64,000 nucleotides of DNA from Octopus vulgaris (taxonomy: Eukaryota), in NCBI GenBank assembly GCA_951406725.2, contig OX597826.1:27466001-27530000 (forward strand). Reading direction: 5' to 3'. The notes under the pieces are model-generated. The model saw only the letters and a list, made by a program, of their open reading frames with translations. It did no database searches and was not told the origin of the DNA. The position numbers and the translations under genes were made by a program. This document shows positions 59,222 to 64,000 of the stretch, piece after piece (position 1 is the first letter of the stretch; each line of letters begins with the position of its first letter).

Positions 59222-60118
59222 CATTGACCGGTTGAAAAATATATCTTTCAACTTGTTCTGCAATACATTTCAGCGCTTCAAAACCAAACTTATGTTTGTT
59301 TACATATGACGTAATTGAATTTAAGTTTTACACTAGATATCATTAGATATAATGGAAATAAGAACAAGTAGACTTTTGTTATTGAGAAAATATATAACAA
59401 GGGAACTTCATCTTTTTATAGTATTAAGAACTTAAAATAAATCAAATGTTTCGACTGTTATGTAGTTTTTCAACATAACTATAAAACAGCAAATGGAAAA
59501 ACAATTCGAGAAGTGAAAATATGAAATTTACATAAAATTTTGTACGATTTGTTTTTTTCCTTATTGAGGCCTTTGTAAGGTGTAGTTCCATCTAAACCAA
59601 TGGGATCTGTCTAAGCTAAACACTATAAAGTGAAAATGTGTGGAGAGCACTTGTTTACTCTTATGGATGGTTGATCAGATTTCAGCTGAATCATGGAATT
59701 AGTATGTGAGAGGGCATAGCCTAGTGGCTAGGATGCTATAGTCATGATCGCGAGATCGTGGTTTCGATTTCTACACTTCATCTCAAGATGTGCTCTGTGA
59801 TCACATCGACACATGGCGTTTCATACACCGTACAGGTAATGTGCCGATTTGATGTAGAGAGTGAGATAATGTGCAACACGAACGTTTTGCTCACTATAAA
59901 CAAAACAAATGGTCTGTGATGGTTGTTCGGGAAGACTTTAGAGAACCATCTTTCTCCGCCTCCAGTGACTACCAAACATAGACTATACATGGAATGAATT
60001 AACTGGATACTACACGCGACAAACAATCGGTAGACTAAGAAGCTAACAAAATCAATCGATCCGACATTTTTGGAAAATATTAAGGAAAATATAGTTAATT
60101 AATTATACAACAGAAAAT

Positions 60119-60192
<74 letters not shown>

Positions 60193-60241
60193 CGTTGAAA
60201 AATACCTTAGGGATGAGAACCCAGATTCGAAATTTCTCCAA

Positions 60242-60287
60242 GACACCTGATGAAGGCTGGAGGGTATATCAACCGAAACGTTGTGTT
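60242..60287 (+). ncRNA. Minimal type-I hammerhead ribozyme (canonical CUGAUGA core)
   Basis: Stem I gacac/gtgtt, CTGATGA at 60247-60253, stem II ggctg...caacc (one mismatch), GAAACGTT. Lies in a ~170-bp element (60191-60365) directly after (AAT)n. Confidence 0.75.
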
Positions 60288-60456
60288 GACAACAAACAAG
60301 ATGAGGACAAATATCCGTCAAAAGTAAATAATTTAAATAATGTACATAATTCCTCATCTCTTAAATATGGAACTAAACAGAAAATAATTTAGAATTTACT
60401 ATAAATGTTTAATAACAAAGGCATTAACTTATTCCTATCAGAAATCTCTAGTGATT

Positions 60457-60670
60457 AAGGCGGCGAACTGGCAGACACGTTAGCACGCCGGGCGAAATAC
60501 TTAGCTGTATTTCGTCTGTCTTTACGTTCTGAGTTCAAATTTCGTCGAGGTCGACCTTGCTTTTCATACTTTCGGGGTCGATAAATTAAGTATCAGTTAC
60601 CTACTGGAATTCATCTAATCGACTGGCCCCCTCCCCCAAAATTTCGGGCCTTGTGGCTTGAGTAGAAAAG
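60457..60670 (+). mobile_element. SINE family B, full length
   Basis: aaggcggcgaactggcag...gagttcaaatt...ttcggggtcgataaattaagta...gagtagaaaag. Confidence 0.88.
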
Positions 60671-60829
60671 AAATCGCAAGTGATGAAGGGCATAAAAGAA
60701 GTTGCTAATTCTTACATGTATAAATTAATTTGGCCAATACAAAACCAAACCTATAATGATTGATATGTTGCCTAATCTTTGAGGTTTCAGGATAATAATG
60801 CCAATGGTGATCGGTTAAAAGGCTCAGAC

Positions 60830-61700
60830 AGAAGCGTGGAGTTTTAAAGAAAATTTTCGAAATTGGTTTACACGAATTTGTGCCTATATGTGCACTTAAT
60901 TTCCGTAATATCTGTAATCCTTTAAATACTAAATGTATTTTACACCTTCCTAACTCTCGGGCCCATCTCTATCAATCTTAGTTTCATATTGCGTAAATAG
61001 TTCACCACACAACGTGTCCTTGCTCCTACAACCAATGGATCAAGGAATTATCCAGAATTTCAAACGTCTCTATAGAAATATTTCCATGAAACAAGTAATC
61101 AACAACGTGGTTTCTTTTCCTAACCATAACTCTAATTTATAATTAAGGATGCGCTCCTTGCATCAGTAGTAACGTGGGCGTATTTTAAAGCCGTCACTCT
61201 TCTGAGAGCATGGTGACCACTTGGGGTCATTTTTCTGGTTGATGATTTATAATTTATTACGAGGAAGATGAACAGCATTTTGATGGTTTCAATATTAGGC
61301 ACAGCACAAAAGAAATGACAGTACCGCAAAGCGTACAAACGACAGCCATAGAAAATCCAACGCATAGTTTTTAAGGATAAAGCTATCGATGATTGGATTG
61401 CGGTTGACAACGATTTTGAATTAGAATTAAACCAAAATTTTTCAGATTAGATTATCGATACTGTGATTGATCCCGAAGATCGAGATGAAGCAATGTTTTC
61501 CAATGAAGGTGATAATGGAAACGAAGCAATTTAAAATGAGTTTTGGACTAAAGCTGATTATAAAATTCTCGAACATGATTCGTTCTTTTGAACATAATCT
61601 TAATTTCTCTGCGCAACAAGCATGTGGAAAGCATATCTGCTTCAAACGCGAGTCCTGGTAGCGAACCGACATTAAGAAATACACAACTGAAATAGAATTG
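60830..61700 (+). pseudogene. pogo/Tigger (DDE_1, TIGD/Jerky-like) transposase relic
   Basis: 61005-61079 reads PHNVSLLLQPMDQGIIQNFKRLYRN. Downstream FIIKDALLASVVTW...TLLRAW*. Multiple disruptions. Confidence 0.75.
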
Positions 61701-62439
61701 GAACCACACATCAAATATTGCTATAGAATTTTTTTTAAATGTAAAATAGCTTTTTGAATTTTATTTTATTAAAACATGTTCTTTTAACTTAAACTGTTTG
61801 TCTTGCGTTATTTATTTTCCAATTTCCCCCCCAAAAAAAGAAATAATAATAATGAATAAGCAATTATTTATTGTTTAGCAGTCGTAACGCAGAATGAAAT
61901 TTATATTAAATGCTGCTTTATAAATAATAAAACGAATATTTTTTTTCAATTTGATTGCTGATCCACATTATTTAACAGCTGTAAGGAGGTATTCATCATA
62001 GCAAACACCCACTTGACATCATGTATTGTATCTCCTGAAGATGCGTAATAAATGCTTCGTAAACCTTCTCAGATAAAGATAGATTCGTAATAGCATCATT
62101 TGAAATATCTTACACTGCCATCACTTAGAAAGTTACCAGTTTTCGTTTCATACTATCGTCACAGTTAATGACAAGATGCCAATCGTTTTTCTTATCTCTG
62201 TTTAAAAGTTGTTGATTATTATATGAAAACATTTGGTTCTAGAAAAACGAAAGAATTCATTGAAAAGAATTTTTTTGTCCACCTTCTCCGCGATACGTAC
62301 TTCTTCTTCCAATTCGGTATTAACATATAAAATGAAAATGTATACGCTAAAATAATAACTGAGAAACCTGTTAAAATAAATATCAATTTTGATTTACCTG
62401 ACACACGAGCATTTCGGCTTCGTTTCACTGTATGAAACA

Positions 62440-62988
62440 AATATATTTCGGACGTGTAGTTACGTGTGATGAAAAATGGATTCTTTTCAAAAATAGCAAG
62501 CGTTCTACACGGTAGTTGGACAGAAACGAAGTGCCAAAACAATATCCTAAAAATATTATTCACCAAAAAAGCTAATGGTGTATGTTTGGTGATCCGGCTC
62601 CGGTGTCATCCACTACAGCTTCATGAGACTTGGTATGTCAATTACAGTGGATGTATACATCAACTAACTGGATGAAATGGGGAATGAACTTGCAATTAAA
62701 CAACCGAGATTGCTCAATAGAGACAAGCTAATTCTCTTGCAAGACAATGCTCGACTACATGTTGCCCCAAAACGCTACTCAAGTTACAGGAACTGAACTT
62801 GGAAGTCAACTGACTATCACGTTTTCCTGGCATTAGACAACTTTTTGCAAGGAAAAAACTTCAAATCTGAACAAGATACAAAAACAGCCATTCGGGATTT
62901 CATCACCCCTTGCTATCCAAAATTCTTCGCTACCAACAAAAATAAAATAAACTTTCAGTTCAAAATCGGACATTGCATTTTTAATGAC

Positions 62989-62992
<4 letters not shown>
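62440..62992 (+). pseudogene. mariner (DD34D-type) transposase 3' relic
   Basis: TCDEKWILF at 62462, LMVYVW*SGSGVIHY, ILLQDNARLHVA, TDYHVFLALDNFLQGKNF. Contains stops and lacks the YSPDL region. Ends at (TA)n. Confidence 0.85.
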
Positions 62993-63062
<70 letters not shown>

Positions 63063-63654
63063 TATTCGATGGGTTTCATTCAGTTTCCGTCTTCCAAGTC
63101 GGCTTAGTCCACTCTTGCGCCCGAACGATAGAAGATGAAAAGTATTGAGTATTAATTTTTGTTAAATATCAGACACACAACAACGTACGTCATAATCAAA
63201 TTCTTCGATGTCTTCTTTTGATGTCTTCTTCACTTGCCCTTTTGAAGGTACAGATGTGTAAACAAATTTAGTGGCAGAAAAATGCTTTAAAATAATTTTG
63301 ATACATTTGAAAATATTTTAGATATTTCAAAATATTTTTTAATATATTAGTTTCTGAAGATCTACTTGAATCAGTGAAAGCAGAGATATTGCAACAAGAA
63401 AATAATAGTTCTTTTTAGGAATAATGAATATCGAAGCAGATAAATTTATATATCATTGGGTGCAAACATTGCGTTAAATAAAAGGCCCACTGGAGAGAAA
63501 AAGTGGAAGGCAGCTCGTCAGAAACGAACGATATCTTTTGAAAACATGACACGCGTTCGGTCATTATAGCTTTATATGCTTCGAGATTCACAGCTGAAAG
63601 AAAGAATCACATCACCTTCTCGAAGTTTCTCAATCTTTACGTCGTCAACAATAA

Positions 63655-64000
63655 TCCTTTTTAATATAGGCACAAGGCCTGAAATTTGAGGGCGGGAGAT
63701 AGTCGATTACATCGACCTCGATGTTCAACTGGTACCTAATTTATCGACCCCCGAAAGGGTGAAATATAAAAGTCGACCTGGGCGGAATTTGAACTCACAG
63801 TTTAGCGACAGGCGACATACCTATTTCTTTATTACCCACAAGGGGCTAAACACAGAGGAGACAAACAAGGACAGACAGACGGATTAAGTCGATTATATCG
63901 ACCTCAGTGCGTAACTGGTACTTAATTTATCGACCCCGAAAGGATGAAAGGCAAAGTCGATCTCGGCAGAATTTGAACTCAGAACGTAGCGGCAGACGAA
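63655..64000 (-). mobile_element. SINE family B tandem copies (run off the window)
   Basis: Family B core occurs twice. Tail segment shared with 43040-43100. Confidence 0.85.

Noticed and set aside
62030-62115. CTGAAGA...GAAATATC motif
   Set aside because: Stem I does not pair. At best a decayed element.

Overview
AT-rich eukaryotic DNA saturated with microsatellites: (TA)n, (CA)n, (TATG)n, (GATA)n, (AAT)n and degenerate trinucleotide tracts. The repeat landscape resembles an octopod cephalopod genome (inference). No host protein-coding exon could be supported, and almost all listed ORFs are translations of simple repeats. The one real long ORF is a DD34E Tc1 transposase inside a nearly complete IR/DR element (16885-18504) that carries a single +1 frameshift. 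The rest consists of many copies of about four tRNA-type SINE families, a non-autonomous Helitron, MITEs, and decayed relics of mariner, maT, pogo/Tigger, Tx1-like and RLE (R4/Dong-like) elements. The most notable signal is a set of type-I hammerhead ribozyme folds at six loci, from five unrelated short element families (5682, 16694/54917, 18863, 39776, 60242). They abut microsatellites, several lie in fold-back inverted repeats, and three have a CCGANGA core instead of the canonical CUGANGA. One is a 362-bp permuted monomer resembling a retrozyme or Penelope pLTR, with a visible snap-back junction. All alignments, folds and coordinates were read by eye, and SINE/relic boundaries are approximate.
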